64,000 nt of DNA from Rhizophagus irregularis (GCF_026210795.1 NC_089430.1:3162001-3226000), one strand, 5' to 3'; counted from the stretch's first letter, positions 12,705-27,993 are shown. Numbers and translations: made by a program. Notes: generated from the sequence alone by a model not told the origin.

Positions 12705-14781
12705 ATTATAACTATATAATAGATCTGAGATTTATTGTAAATGAATATATATTTTAATAATAAGATTTGTTAATATTCTTAAATCTGCATATATTCTTGA
12801 ATTTACAATCATTAAAATCATCAAAATATAATCTAGCAGTCTTATTTTTAATATATTTTTTTATAAAATTAAAAATATTTAATTGTAAATATTTTTAAAT
12901 ACTATATAATATATGTTGATCATAAATGACATTTAAAGAAAAATGACAATTATTGGCTATCATAATTGACTTATTTTTGTATATCTCTCATACTTTTTAA
13001 TCCATTTCATTATATAAAAAATATAGTTTTTTATTAATCTTAAAATTTCTTGGTTGTTCATCGTAATTGAAAATAGCTGTTTTATCAATAACTGATATGA
13101 CTAACTTGTGATCTAACTTGTTATTGAATAATATCATATATATTAACTTAAAATATTCCAAATGGTTGATAATATTTCTAGAAAATAATTCTAAAAAGAA
13201 ATACTTTTTATATTTGTATGCAACACCAGTAATAATATAGTGATAAGCAATATTATAATCTTTTAGTATTTGTTTAATGTTAACTTAATCTATTTTTTGC
13301 AATATATATTGTATAATATCATATTTTTTATTAATTCATCTGGCTGCATATTAAGATAAACACTAAAAATGCAAATTCTAAGGGATTGCATAGGATCCCA
13401 AATAATATTAATACAACTCATAAATAAACTTTAAATACCAAAGTAAAAATACATTTTATGATATAATTCCATCAATATTAAAATTAGAAATGCGATTTTA
13501 CTATCATTAGAATCCTTTTATTGAGATTTGAGATGATCTAATGATATAAATTTTATTAAAATCAAATCACTAGTTATGTTAAAAAACAGGAGTATGTAAG
13601 ATGATGAAATTTTGAAAATACCTTTATAATACACAACTTTTGAAAAATTTTAATATCAAATTCAAATATGAGTTGTATTAGTATTGTTAATAATTTTATT
13701 GATAATCACAAATTTTCAGAATTATTTAATTTTAAATATGAAACATTAATAATAACCAATCTTTTTCACAATAGCAGATAGTATTTTTTAGTGAAAACAC
13801 AATAACAGACAACTCCTCCATCACAATTTACATAATCTTTAATGATTCAAAACTCTTATTATTTAGCCCAATCATTTATAAAAACTTTGCAATCTTCACA
13901 TAATTCCATAATTGAAATTTCTTTTTTGAATATAATAGTACATACCCATCCTTATTAGATAAGATTGCTTCATCATAAATATCATTATAATTATCTACAA
14001 AAAAACTGTAATAAAATAAAAAGAAGGGTTATAAATAATTGCATTTATTCTAATCCTTAACTCTAAGATTCAAAGTATATTTGCAGGTAGATAGGATGTT
14101 TATTTAAAATAGATTTAATTTTTGTAATTTTTCCTTTAAATAAGGAACCTTTGAGTATAATAAAAAAAGAATAATAATTAACTCTAAACCTACTCTTACG
14201 CTAATCCTAAGCTACTCCAAACTAACACTAATATAAAATAACACATTTAACCTAAACCAATTCTTCTTACTTTAACCTTAAGCTACTCCTAAGTCCTAAT
14301 ACTCTAAAGATAACACGTTTAATCCAAACTAATTCTCTTTACCTTAACCTTAAACTACTTCAAACCAATATTCTAAAGACAACACACCTAACCTAAACTC
14401 ACTCCTCTTACAACCTTAAGCTGATCTAAAGCCAAATACCACTTTAAAGCTAATACTACTTTGAAGCCAACATTATTTTACCTAATTACATACCTTGAAC
14501 AAATTCAAATTTTGAAAGATGAATATTTTTGAATTCTTCTTTTTTCCATAAAGTAGGTTTATATGAAAGGAAAAAATAAAATAAAATTATTTATGGATTT
14601 TACATTCAATATTAAAAAAATAAAAAAATAAAAAATTCAAATGAAACGTGAAAAATACTGATTGATGATAATCAAAATTTTAATGAAGTATATATTATAT
14701 GTTTACCATGTTAAATTACATAGTAAATTGCATCAGAGATAAATAATAATTTTCTTAAAAATACCTGATTTTAATTTTATA

Positions 14782-16524
14782 TATGGTGCACACAATCTAA
14801 AGCTACCACTTTTTATTATGTAATTTCAAATGAATAGAAAAAAAAATTTAATTAATATTTTTTTAAAAAACTTTCTGTAATATTGTAGTTTAAACAGTAT
14901 ACTTTTATGTAACAGAGAGTTTTTTCAAATTGAATTACTGTAGCATAAGATATATAAGTTTTAATTTTGGTTATTTTACTATGTTTTGAATAAATTTGGA
15001 GGAATTTGGCCAGTTTAATACTAATATAATGCAGGCCAAAATTAAGAATTAATATAAAAATATTTTTGTTTAAAATAACTGAATGAGAATTATTTATCTA
15101 TAAACTTTATTTTTTTTTTGAAACAAATTAAATATATACAGTCAACTCCTTCTATAGTCACTCCCGTTATAGTCACATTCTACTATATAGTCACACCAGT
15201 TGAATGTTCAAAACACTTTATTATTAAAAACTATCCTATATAGTCACAATCTATCTATAGTCACTATCACACCTATCCTCAAAAATCTTATATTAAAAAG
15301 AACCGTTTATAATTACAGTTATACAGTATAAAGAATATATTAAATAACTTGGCATCTAATAATCGTACAAAGATGTATCATAGCTTGTTAGAATCGTCTC
15401 ACTGAGATGAATCGAATGGATGTAGTTTTATCCTTTTGCGATCACTGGCTGATGAGTTATTCAACAAAATGTTAAGCATCGGCATTATTATATTTCTTGA
15501 TTTACGTTTACTGCGCCATTTAACATTTTGCTAAATTTCTCGGTACCTAGTGATTGTAAAAAGACGATTAATAGCTCGTTGGAATCGCCTCATCGAGACG
15601 AATCGAATGGTGGTAAGCTCATCTCTCTGTGATCAATATTGACGGAGTTATTAATTAAAAACCATTTAATATTTTTTAATTTCGGAAATTGATCTAGTGA
15701 TTGGATTTCGATGTATCTTATACCATTAGATTCGTCTCATCAAGACGAATCGAATGGTAGTAAGATCGTCTTTCTAGGATCAATATTAGCAGAGTTATTA
15801 CACAAAAACCATTAATATTTTTTTAATTTCGGAAATTAATATAGTGATTGGATTTCGATGTATTTTATACCATTAGAACCGTCTCATCAAGACGAATCGA
15901 ATGGCGGTAAGAACGTCTCTCTAAGATCAATATTGGCGGAGTTATTACACAAAAACCATTAATATTTTTTTTAATTTCGGAAATTAATCTAGTGATTGGA
16001 TTTCGATGTATTTTATACCATTAGAACCGTCTCATCAAGACGAATCGAATGGCAGTAAGATCATCTCTCTATGATTAATATTGGCGGAGTTAAGATACAA
16101 TAAAGTTTTGAGTATAATTTTGGCTAAAATTATGTTAATTTTTGGCCAGAATTATGATATACTAATATAAGAAATTTTTTATATAGTCACATCTCTTTAT
16201 AATCACCAAATATGGACTGTCCCAAATGTGTGACTATAAAGAGAGTTGACTGTATTTATTATTTTTAATGAATATAGAAAAAATTTAATGGGTATCCCAA
16301 TTTTATATATAATAAAATAACAGATTCTTTCTAATAATATGAATTTATAAATTATTTTAGCTAGAATTAATATTAATTCTGGCTAAACAATTGGTATTCT
16401 ATTCTACAAACCCACCTATATATATATGATAAGTAAATATTGACCAATGAAATTTGCTCACGTGATTTTATAAAAATTTGGCCAAAAAATAAAAAAGTGG
16501 TGGCTTTAGACTGTGCGCACCATA
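14782..16524. mobile_element. TIR element (TATGGTGC(A/G)CACA termini) hosting a nested MITE
   Basis: About 33-bp inverted repeats at 14782 and 16490-16524. An extra right end lies at about 16663-16692. Confidence 0.7.
15139..16252. mobile_element. pogo/mariner-like non-autonomous element (TA|CAGTCAACTC...GAGTTGACTG|TA), uninterrupted reference copy
   Basis: TIRs, a TA TSD, TATAGTCAC subterminal repeats and an internal 147-148 bp tandem array. Nearly identical to the interrupted copy at 46493-57287. Confidence 0.92.
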
Positions 16525-17059
16525 TTTAATATTAATGATTACTTAACCAGAAAAGGGCTCTACCATATAAAAGATAATGACCTGATCTATCATTTAACAG
16601 AGAGTTTATTTAAAATAATTGATTTTTTGGTTACTTCTATTCTTTTAAAGTTATGATAAAATGTGGTTGGCTTTAGACTGTGCGCATCATATTTAAAGGG
16701 TCAAATAATTCTGATAGATCATATGATATAATTCTGTCCGAAATTACATAACGACATGTGACATGTCTTTTTAAATCCTTGGCCTACCAAGGATTAGTAC
16801 AAGTTCATATCATCTGATTATAATAATCTTATGATTAATAATATGGTGATTATCTCTAGACAATATTTGTCCTAATTTTCAAACTTCGAAAACACTTATA
16901 AATATATTTATCCTCCATCCCGCTGGTATAACTGTATAACTGTTTAATAACCGCTATTTACACAATTTACAATTTTTATACGAATATGCATATACTCACT
17001 GTCCGGACTGCACTGCCCGGTAAGTATAGTTATGATTTCGTAATTGTGTAAATGGCGTA

Positions 17060-20000
17060 ATAACGAAATCAAAAGACAAAATTTTCACCTTTTAACTAAT
17101 AGTTTTTTTCTGTTCGCTATATTGGATCCCTCATATTAAAACTAAAAATTAACGAACTCATTAATTAAATTCTTCTTCGCATATGACATTATAACCAAAA
17201 CCAAAAATTATCAATTCTTACCATAATAAGCATAAAAAAGGCCATTGAACGTTCGTTAAATCTTCTCGCCATGAATGGAAACAACATTGTTAGCACTAGA
17301 TGGAATAATTGCCGGACTTTATGCTTGGAAACCTTAAAGGGCAATTCTATTCTTGGTTAGACAAAAGTGGAATTAGAGCTGATAATTGTCCAAAAGAATT
17401 GGTTGATTAGTTAAAAAAAGTGATTGCTTTATTCTTGGGCATGAGCGGCTTTATTTTTTATCAAATATAATGAAAATAGCGATTTTTATCTAATAATTGA
17501 GAGTTCACTAATTAAAATTCTTCACTCACGTTATTATAAATAGATCACGTCTGCTCCCAACATGATAAACATAATAAGAAGTCACCTTTCTTTTTTGAAC
17601 GTACGGATAAACTCCTAAATCGCCTACCAATCCATTTTTTGTCCAATATGATTAATAATAAATTTTTTGATATGAATCACGTTATAATTTGATAATAGGT
17701 TTTACCTTAATAAATTACGGGAATAAAGATCAGCGAATTTGTTTTCATATGAAATTGCAACTAAATTAAGACAAAAATATCAACCCTCACCATAAAAAGC
17801 ATAATTGTTCGGATTCTTGAGTAACTCCTCGTATCATACGAGTTATTTTATCCAATAAGACATAAACAATGATATCATCATTCCTTTTAAGTATTTCACT
17901 TACGACCCAGATCACTTGATAAAGAATATTAAAAATATTATATAAACTCCCACCAAATAAACATAAATAAAGGCATCTTTTTCACTTGAGAGTTCGTTAA
18001 TCTGATAGTCGTGAACCAAATTTCACCTTTAACTAAACGACATGGAGTATTTTAACAGTGAGTCCTCCTCACTCACTAAATCAAGTTAGAAAGATCAACT
18101 CCCACCCTGATAAATATATCACTTTTTTTGAACGGTCGATAAATCTGATCGTCATAAATTGCCTACAATTTAATTTTTGTATGTGAACGATAAATTATTT
18201 TTAAAAATATAAGTATATTTTTAAAATGTTCTACACAGATCCCTTGATATTAAACGAATATTAAAAGATATTATAAATAACATCCAAGACAAAAATATAA
18301 ACTCTCACCAAATAAACATAAATAAGAGGCATCTTTTCTCTTGAGAGTTCGTTAAATCTGATCGTCATAAACCAATTTCACCTTTAACTAAACGACATTG
18401 AGCATTTTAACAGTGAGTCCTCTTCACTCACTAAATTAAGTTAGAAAGACCATGATAAATATCACTTTTTTTTGAACGTTCGATAAATTTGATCGTCATG
18501 AAAAAAATTCTCACCTCTAAATTGCCCACAATTTAATATTTGTATGTGAACGATAATCCCTTATAAATTATTGTTAAGAATATAAATATACTTAAATGTT
18601 CTACGTTCTACACAGATCTCTTGATATTAAACGAATATTAAAAGATATTATAAATAACACCCAAGACAAAAATATAAACTCTCACCAAATAAACATAAAT
18701 AAGAGGCATCTTTTCTCTTGAGAGTTCGTTAAATCTGATCGTCATGAACCAATTTCACCTTTAACTAAACGACATTGAGCATTTTAACAGTGAGTCCTCT
18801 TCACTCACTAAATTAAGTTAGAAAGATCAACTCCCACCATGATAAATATCACTTTTTTTTGAACGTTCGATAAATTTGATCGTCATGAAAAAAAATTCTC
18901 ACCTCTAAATTGCTGAATTATGATTTTTTGATGTGAATGATCATCCCATTTTTAAAAATATAAATAAATATTAGCGAATCCTACTAAAATTGATCGTCAA
19001 CAAGCCTTTAACTAAAAGAGACAGTTTCAAATATGAAGAAGTGATATAATTTCCCTTAATAAAAACGTATTAAAAATATAAAGGATTAGTTAATTCATTA
19101 ATTAAATTATTCGCATATGACATTAAATTAAATCAAGACAAAAATGTCAACTCTTACCATAAGAAGCATAATAAAGGTCCTTTGAACTCTGTTACTCATG
19201 AACCAAATTTCATCCTTGTTTTTGTCCAACCCCACCCATAATATTTATGATGCAATAAGACGTAATTAATGATCCTTTATAAAAATAGGATAAATTTGAT
19301 CACCTTTAACTAAAAATGACTGAGATTATGTTTTGTTTGATATAATGAAATATTATAATGATCCTATACGATTACCTTGATAAAGATAAAAAGGATCAAC
19401 TAATAAAAATCCGCCATTTCTTTTGAAATTTGATCATCAAAGAACAAAATTCACCTTTAATTAATGACTTACATTTTATTTTTGGTCAAATATGATGAGA
19501 ATATATAAAAAATTATAATTTTTTCGGTATGAGAACCCTTGAAAAAGTATACTAAAAAAAAGATGATTGAATTCATTAGCCAATATTCCTCATTTAAGAC
19601 GTTGTAACTAAAAAAAATATTAACTCATCATAATAATAAAATAAAGGATCATCTTACTGAAAACAAAAAATTTTTAAAAAAAGTAATGCCTGACATGAAT
19701 CCCTTTTATAGATTATTGTAAAAAATATAAAATTTTTCATTTACGACATCATAACAAAAACACATTGTAAATTTGAACATCATAAATTTTCTCTTTTTTA
19801 CCTTTAACTAAATTGCTTACAGTTTATTTTTTTTTGTCCAATATGATAAGATAAGACAGAAAATTATAAATTCTTGATACAAATCCCTTGATAAAATATT
19901 TTAAAATCTAAAGATCAATAAATTCATTAGTTAAAAATTCCTCGCTTTTGACATTTATGATAAAAATATCGATTCCTTACCATGTTAATCATAATAAAAG

Positions 20001-20230
20001 GTTTGAAAGTTGATCGTCATAAACAAACTTTCACCTTTAACTAAATAGTTCCTATACAATATGACGAAAAATAATACGAATACCTTGATAAAATATATTA
20101 AAATCAAAAGATCAATTAAATTCATTAGTTAAAGATTCTTCGCTTTTTGACAATTATATATTATAACGACAAAATGATCACAAAGATCAACTCCTACTCC
20201 AAATTGAACGTTTCATTGAACTTTGATCAC
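17060..20230. repeat. Degenerate long-period tandem repeat region
   Basis: TTTCACCTTTAACTAAA and GATCGTCATGAAC motifs recur about 8 times. The youngest duplication has a 378-bp period (18228 vs 18606). Confidence 0.85.
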
Positions 20231-21289
20231 CATAGAGTAATCTTTCATGCAGCAAATCTATATGCAATGATCTGCGACACTTTATTTTTTTAAAAAACAA
20301 ACGCTTTCTCTTCTTTTTTAAAAAATTGATCGCTCACAAATTCTTTTTACAACCAACTTACTTCTTTTAATAAGATAAAATTAAACGTATTCTTAATAAA
20401 ACACTTGAAGTATAATAGCATCAATATAACCGTCTTGTCACTAACTAAAAGCTTTGCTTATATTGAACTAATTAAACCTAATTAAACCTTCATTTTTAGG
20501 TTAAATTCTTGTTACCTACAACTTGGATATTAACAGACATAAATCGTTTTTTGTTTTAGCATGATGAACATTTTCGGTATTGATATATAGATATTGATAT
20601 AAATCGATTCTTAATAAAGAATATGAGCCCAAAACGTAGCACTGAATAAAATCTTCTTTGATAATCGAAAAATCAACTTTCTTTAATATAATCGAATAAG
20701 AAAATCATAAAAAAGAAATCAATTAAAGTCCGATTAATGTAAATGCCATAAATACGAAAATGAATACTGAAAAAAATTAAAAGATTTTTACCTAATACGA
20801 AATCGAGTACTTTTTATATCGATCATGACAAAATTTTTTAAAATCTAACTTAAACAACTCAACAGCTCATGCGAGGGCGTGTAAATCAATTGTCCATTAC
20901 TAATCAATATAAAAAAAAAAATTTTTTTTTTTCTCTTCCTTCTTCTTTACAATTCTCGAAGATTTATAAGAATTGATGATAACCTAAATAAATATCGTTC
21001 AAATAAAAAAAAAAGTAAAAAAAAATTAATCAGTTAAAAAGTTTTCAAAGCAATTTATCTATCATTATGAATCCTAATCTTTTAAATCATACCCCTTAAA
21101 ATAGCCTTTAACCTGTTTAATTTTGATATTTTTTAAATCAAAAAAATTAAGTGTTGAACTTTTTTCTTAAAAGAAGGAAATTTTATATGATCGTATGACA
21201 TTATTATTTGTATTACTTTCCTTTTTTGTTGGCTGTAATGTGTACGACGTTACACTGGGTAGGTTATCATAGAGACTTTTCCGTTAGTA

Positions 21290-21508
21290 CAATCAAACTC
21301 TCTATAAATGCACCACGTATAAGTGCATTCCTTCCTAAATGCACATTTCGACTCAATCTCAAGTACATTCCCTTCCTAAATGTACGCTTTGATTCAGTCC
21401 CAAGTATTTATGACCTCTAATTATTTACTCTCTAGAAATGCACACCTTTTGTAATTGCATGCTTTTTTTTTCAGTTCAAATGGGGGTGCATTTATAAAGA
21501 GTCGACTG
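21290..21508. mobile_element. pogo/Tigger-like MITE
   Basis: CAATCAAACTCTCTATAAATGCACC / GGTGCATTTATAAAGAGTCGACTG, with internal AAATGCAC repeats. An older relative lies near 24713-24924. Confidence 0.7.
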
Positions 21509-24500
21509 TGTGAAATTCGAATTCCCGTTTTCAAAAAAAAAAAAAATATAAATATTATATATATACGTATATACTTTCATTTATAAAAAATAAGAAATCC
21601 CTGTTATTTTTATTGCGTTTATTTTATTTTATTTATTCTTATTTCTTTTTTTCTAAAAATAAAAAATAAAATAAAAATAAAATAAAAAAAAATATAAAAA
21701 AATTAAAAAAATATATTTAAAAAATATATTAAATATATGGATTCAAATATTTTTTTTTTTTTTTTTCGCATATGAGATATATCGTTCCCCCCTTTTGGCA
21801 AATTTTTATATATTAATCCGTCGATCTTTGCCAAATTTTCCAATTCCCCAATTTTTTTTTTGATTTATTTTATACATCTTTGGCGTAAACCTTTATGTAC
21901 CTAATGTAACACTTTCAAAATCATAAAGTATGCGTATATTCGCCCGCTTTCCAATTTTATTTAGTATATCAAAAAGGGTTCAGAATAATGGTTTTGACAT
22001 TTATATAAGGATGCGATATTTCGCGGTTTGTTATAAAAAAACAAACACTAAATATATATACAATATATATATCTAGTAAAATAATTTTTTTTTAAATAAT
22101 AAACAATTTAAGCCATCTTTAAATAAAATGAATACCGATACGCATAAAAAAAGTTTAGAATTTTCCGAAAGGAAAATAGGAGAAATGGAGGAAAAATGGA
22201 AAAATAGATTAATGTCCGATAGTTTAAATAGAAAAAAATAAAAAGCCTCTTTTAAAATGACTAATTGTATTACAAGTTTGGAGATCGGTAATATAACACG
22301 TAATGATACATGAATCGTTTAGATTTGTAACAAAGATATAACGGCAATGGATTTCCTTATTCACATAGCATATAAATAAAAATTTTTTTTATTTTACTTT
22401 GTTTGAACGTTTGATTGTAATGTAATACTACATAATAAAATAAATGTCACACTTCAAAAATATATATTCGTGATAATTGCGAATAAGATAATCCATTCTT
22501 TTAATCGATTCAAATTGTTTACTCAAATGGTTTGGCGTTTCGCGTGTCTGTTATTTGCATAAAAAATAAATAAAGATTTTCGTAATTAAAACTTAACCAT
22601 AATTATTTATCAAATGTCTTTTTTAATGCCAGATTTCGCATTATATTACATATATCTATATTAAGAAAAAAGCCAATTTTAAAAGATTTGGACCTTTGAT
22701 TTTTTAGGGGAAGGTTCTAATGATCGACATATAAATTTCCATATTAGGATATAATATTTTTATTATATTAAATGTTTTTTAATAAACAAATTTTAAGTTG
22801 CATAATGAACGATAGTGGTTAGCACGTGACCATAATACTTTGTCAGCATTATGATAATTGTAACTTTACAAGAAGGCATAAAGCATAATAAATATTTCCC
22901 ACTTAGTATTGAAATCTCTCTTTTAATATAAAAATTCTTTGATATCCTTAGATAAAATTGTTTGAAAAATGTACGATAATAATAAATAAGAATATTTCCA
23001 ATCTGAATAATGCGGATAGTATATTAATTGTTGAAACAAATTCACAATTGATTCTGTAAAGCACAAACGATCATCAGGAAAAAATTAGTGCGTATATGAA
23101 TATTATATCCTTGCCAGAATTATTATTAATTTTGGCCCGAATTAAATATTAATTGAACACTTAAAAAAAATTATGGCCTAATCCTAATTAAACTAAATTA
23201 TATGTTGAAAAAACCCTCCCAAAAGTTGAAAAAAAAGAAGGGGGTTATGTTAAAAGTATTGGATTTTTAATCTTGTATTTTTTACGATTCACATAATCAT
23301 AGATTTTCCCCCAATAGGAATTGACTTGTGTATTGATTAATTAAATTAGTTACTAACTAAATTTAATTTCAAATAAAAATAAGATTTACTCGTGGGAATT
23401 GATAGTGAAACGTATAATGAAAAATGAATTAATTACTTTACCAACCACGAGAGACAAAGATAAATAATTCATACCTGCCTATATGCTAATATTAATAATT
23501 AACAGATTATTTAAAGTTTAAAAATTTAGGAATATTACAAATTAAAGTTAAGTAAGTATTTCAAAAATTTTGAGCATCCTAATTACTTTCGGCCTCATAT
23601 CTTAAATTCAATATCTTTAGGAATTTCACAAATGCTATGATCCTTTATATTACATGCTCAAAAGGATTTATTATCCTTCAATACCATTAAAAGAAAGTGC
23701 CTCCTTTTGAAAACTTTTTGGACATGTATTGTTTTAATTCGATTGATAATATATTATTTTTAAAGAAAAAATTAACAATTTATTAGCCTTTAATGGCATA
23801 TATTTTAGTTGTAGGCTTGAATTTAATTAAAATTCAATTATTTTCAGCGTCGGCGTATTTAGTGATACATTACACAATCAATCAATTATACTTTTTCTCA
23901 TCATCACATGTGTCAAAAACGAAGTATTTGTAATCGTAAATCGGAAAAGTCCCATCAGATGTATTTACAAAATAATAAATCAAAGAATTATAAACCCGAA
24001 ATTTTTGTTAGTTTAAAACAAGAAATAAAAGAACATCGTAAGTTTAATCTTAAAGATGGCGCAATTGGCGCATGATTATATCGAATGATTTGTAATTTAT
24101 TTATTTTTATATTTTTGCTTTTCATCTATAGGGATGGATTCTATTTATAGAAAGAGATAAAAAAAAACGCGCTTTTTTATGGGATGGGATTATGCACTTT
24201 CACGTGACTAAAATACTGGAATTTTATTGGAAACCGTTAAAAAATATTTAGCCGTTATCATAATCTTCCCACCTTAAAAATTTATCTTAATAATTTTAAA
24301 GGTTGGGTTCGTCTGTCTGGGTAGTTTACTATGATAGATAGAGGAACCAGGAGTTCTTTTTAATTTGTAATTTTTGTATCAATAGTTTTGTACTGTTTAC
24401 TTTATTACTTTGATAAATCGACTTACAATCTTATCATAAAAAAAAAAAAAATTATCTAAATATCGTTATAATTTTATATTTTTAAAAAAATTACATAATG

Positions 24501-25564
24501 GGAATCCCGTACCGAAATTTGATTATTTTTGATCAATGTATATATCGACCCCGTACCGAAATTTGATTATTTTTGATCAATGTACTGAGTTTTATATATC
24601 GACCTTCGATAACTATCGTTCAATAACTATTTAAATATTTTAAATACGGTAATTTAAAATCCTTTAGAAATACTGTAAAATTCTTTATAAATTATGAGAT
24701 ATCTTTGTGATACAGTAACAACTCCTTAAATGCTTCACTATAAAATACATACACTCTCTATAAGCTAAGCGTGATTAAAATGGTATGAGGTTGCAAAATA
24801 CAATATTTAATTAGAAAATACCATAACTTGGTTCAGTTTATAAGAATTTTATATATTTTGCTCTCTCATAAATGCATACCTTATTTATTATGGTTCAAAT
24901 AAGTGTGCATTTAAGGAAGTGTTGTATCATGTCTTGGTTTATTTAAAAGAAAGGAAATATTCAGAGGGGCAGTATAATATCAAAATATTTATGTAATTTG
25001 AACAGTTTTATTTACGTATAATATTTTTATTAACATAAAGAAAAATGTGTATGTATGAAAAGCCAAACGATCGATGAAATATTAAAATCTTAAATAATAT
25101 AGAGAGAAAAATCGAGCAGAATTCCTTTTCACTCCCTTGTGAAAAATCGAATGTAGTTGGTATTAATCGGAATTAGATTATATGCTTTAAAGGAAATACA
25201 AGTGATAAAATTTTAAGAAATGCATAAAAAAAAAGAACGATAAAAGAAAAGTAGTACAAGTATGTAGGATGTGCACATCCTACACACAAAAAAATACGAA
25301 TAAAGTTGACATAAAATCGTAATGTTACATAAGTGGAAGGGGGAAATTATTCAATATCATGAATTTAATCATGAATTTTAAGCGAAAAAAATATAATATC
25401 TTAAAAAAAAATCTTATTGTATATTAATATATTAAAAAGTCTAAATATTCTAAATTTGATACCCTCTCTTATCTAGAATTAAAAATAAACATATATTGTT
25501 CAAATATAGGAAAAAAAAATCGAAAAAAAAGAATACGAGAAAGAAAAAATTTTTTTAAAATAGT

Positions 25565-27993
25565 TTAATAAGAATGTGTATAGAGATACACATTCGGTTT
25601 TTCGAAATAGGGAGGGGAGGAGGAGTTTTCAGGGGTTGTAACACATGATTCATCCGTTACGCTTGTCCCCGTTGGGGACATGGTGGGACTTTGATTTTTT
25701 ATGGTTGTGACCTGTGGCACTATGGTAGGAACAGCAGTTATATGATTCATTGATCTTAACAAGTGCAAACTTTGCCCTTGTGTATTATGCTGAGCTGGTG
25801 TAGGTGGTGCCGTACGTGGAGGAGTCAATATATCGTTACTTTCATCATCAGTTGAAATTGTTGTCTCTGTAGTAACTTTGGCCGCAATAGCGTCACGTTC
25901 GATTTTGGCCTGTTTGTTTTTTATCTGTACCCAACGTGTTCTACATTGTCTCTATTTTATATAGAAAGATAGAAATATATATTTGAATTATTAAGAAATT
26001 ATCAAATAGTCAATGAATAAGTAATAATTATTTACTTGAGTTCTTCCTTCGATTAATTCCGCGATACGAATCCAGCATCTACCATATCTTCTTACACCTT
26101 CTTTCAATACTTCATCTTCTTCAGGTGACCACTTTCCCTTTCTTACACTTGGATCTAAAGCTTCAGACCAACGAGCTTGACATTGAATACCAGTTCTATG
26201 AGGAATACGTGAGGCAATTTTATTCCAAGGTATAGGTTGTGGATGACCATCCGAATCGAGAAGATCTACATATTCGCTAACTGCCTCTTTTAAAGCCGCA
26301 TCTTCTTCAGGGGTCCAACGTCCTTTATGAATAGTTGGATTTAAAGCACCTAACCACCTAGTTGAACATTGCATTGGGGTCCTATTTGGTACGTGAGCGG
26401 CTATGAGAGACCATTTATGTGGACCATAAATACTTATAGCGGCTCTTAAAAGTTCATCTTCTTCTTCGGTCCATTTAGTGTATACAGGTGGTTTTTGACT
26501 TAGTGTGTTAGCTGAGCCAGCAGATGTAATTCGAGACTGATAGTCAGTTTCATATATAGGAAAAGGTTGGGATCGTCTCTGTTTACAAAAAAAAAAAAAT
26601 ATTATTAGATTACTGTTAGTGGAATATCTTGTTTGGTATACAGGAAATGAACATACCGGATTAAATTGGTAATTAAAAGTTTGTGGATCACTGAAAGAGA
26701 TCAGAGAATATGAAGGAGTAGACACTGGTAACGTTGACATCGTTAAAAGATCTGGAGATGGAAATGGACTTTCTAAAACCATTTGTGAAAGCCCCATGTT
26801 ATGATGGGGATACATTTCATTGACTGATGATAATTGTGGTATATGAGACTAAATAAAATAAAAATAATATATAAATTTCTTTGAAATTATCATTCTTCTT
26901 TTAAGATAAAAAAAATATGATAAATTACAGATATAACAGGCCATTCATTTTGATTGTACTGATTATGAGAATTATCAGTCTACTTAACAATAAAATGTGA
27001 AATAAATTAATATGAATAAAAAATTTTGAATTGAAAAAAATTGAAAAAAAATTGATTACCGAAACGGAGAATCTTGTATTTTGAGTACGTTGATGATCAA
27101 AAGTAATTCCCGAATTATTTTGTAATAACTAAAAATAATTTACGTGACTAAGTATGAAAATTCTTTTTTTTTTTAAAAAAAAAAAAAACCCCGTAATTGA
27201 AATAATTACCATATTTTTATTTTGTAATTCCTGCTAAAAAAAAAAAAAAATAAAAAAAAATGAATTGAGTTTTTTTAATATTAAAAATATTCTAAATAAA
27301 AAAAAATTATATAAACGAACTTGGTCGTAATGATTTAACAAAGTGTTGTCTCGAGAATAGACCTAGATAATAATAATATGTTTTTGTTCAGGAAATCAGG
27401 TGATTTGATAAAAATTCAAATTATATTTAAATTACAAACAGTGTTATTTTCAAAATAATACGGGATGTGTATAATAGAATTCCCTATTTCCGCAAGATCT
27501 TGATGGTGATGATATGACTGCAAACCGGAATTCCCAATAGATTCTTTATTACTGTCGTTATTTGCGTTATTATTCATGTCTGAGAAATATTTCGCCAATA
27601 TTTCGTCATCAAACATGTGAGTATCATCAGATTGTTGGGCAGGCTGCACGTGATCTAAAAATATAAATTTGACGTAATTATTAATAACAAAAAAAAAAAA
27701 AAACAAAAAAACAAAAAGGAAAAGGAAAAGGAGAAAAAGAGAAAAAGGAAGAAATGAAAAATAAAATAAAATAAAATTAGATAAAATAAAATAAAAAATA
27801 AATATTTGGTTACGGCGGGATTCCGGAAACAATTTTTTAGAAATTGGAGAATGAATTTTAATTTTTTAAAAGAAGGAAAAAAAGAAAAAGAAAAAGAAAA
27901 AGAAAAAGAAAAAAATTAACAAATTTTTTATTCAATTATGTTACCTAAAAGAAATTGCTCTTCAATAAGAAGATTCTTTGGTAAATTCTCCAT
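25565..27993 (-). CDS. Three-repeat (R1R2R3-type) Myb DNA-binding transcription factor, 9 exons, about 523 aa
   Basis: Myb repeats KWTEEEDELL, GRWTPEEDAAL and GKWSPEEDEVL. Hand-built GT-AG model that keeps frame: 27993-27945, 27654-27440, 27362-27321, 27233-27210, 27128-27060, 26979-26929, 26848-26657, 26578-26036, 25951-25565 (1572 nt). The small 5' exons are less certain. Confidence 0.92.

Noticed and set aside
12720..14000. Possible decayed minus-strand gene remnants
   Set aside because: The sequence is too degraded to assign a product.
15387..16052. CRISPR-like palindromic repeats with spacers
   Set aside because: The intervening sequences are homologous to each other, so this is a tandem array inside a MITE.
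24506..24605. Duplicated 35-bp segment CCCGTACCGAAATTTGATTATTTTTGATCAATGTA
   Set aside because: It is a simple local duplication with two copies and no further structure.
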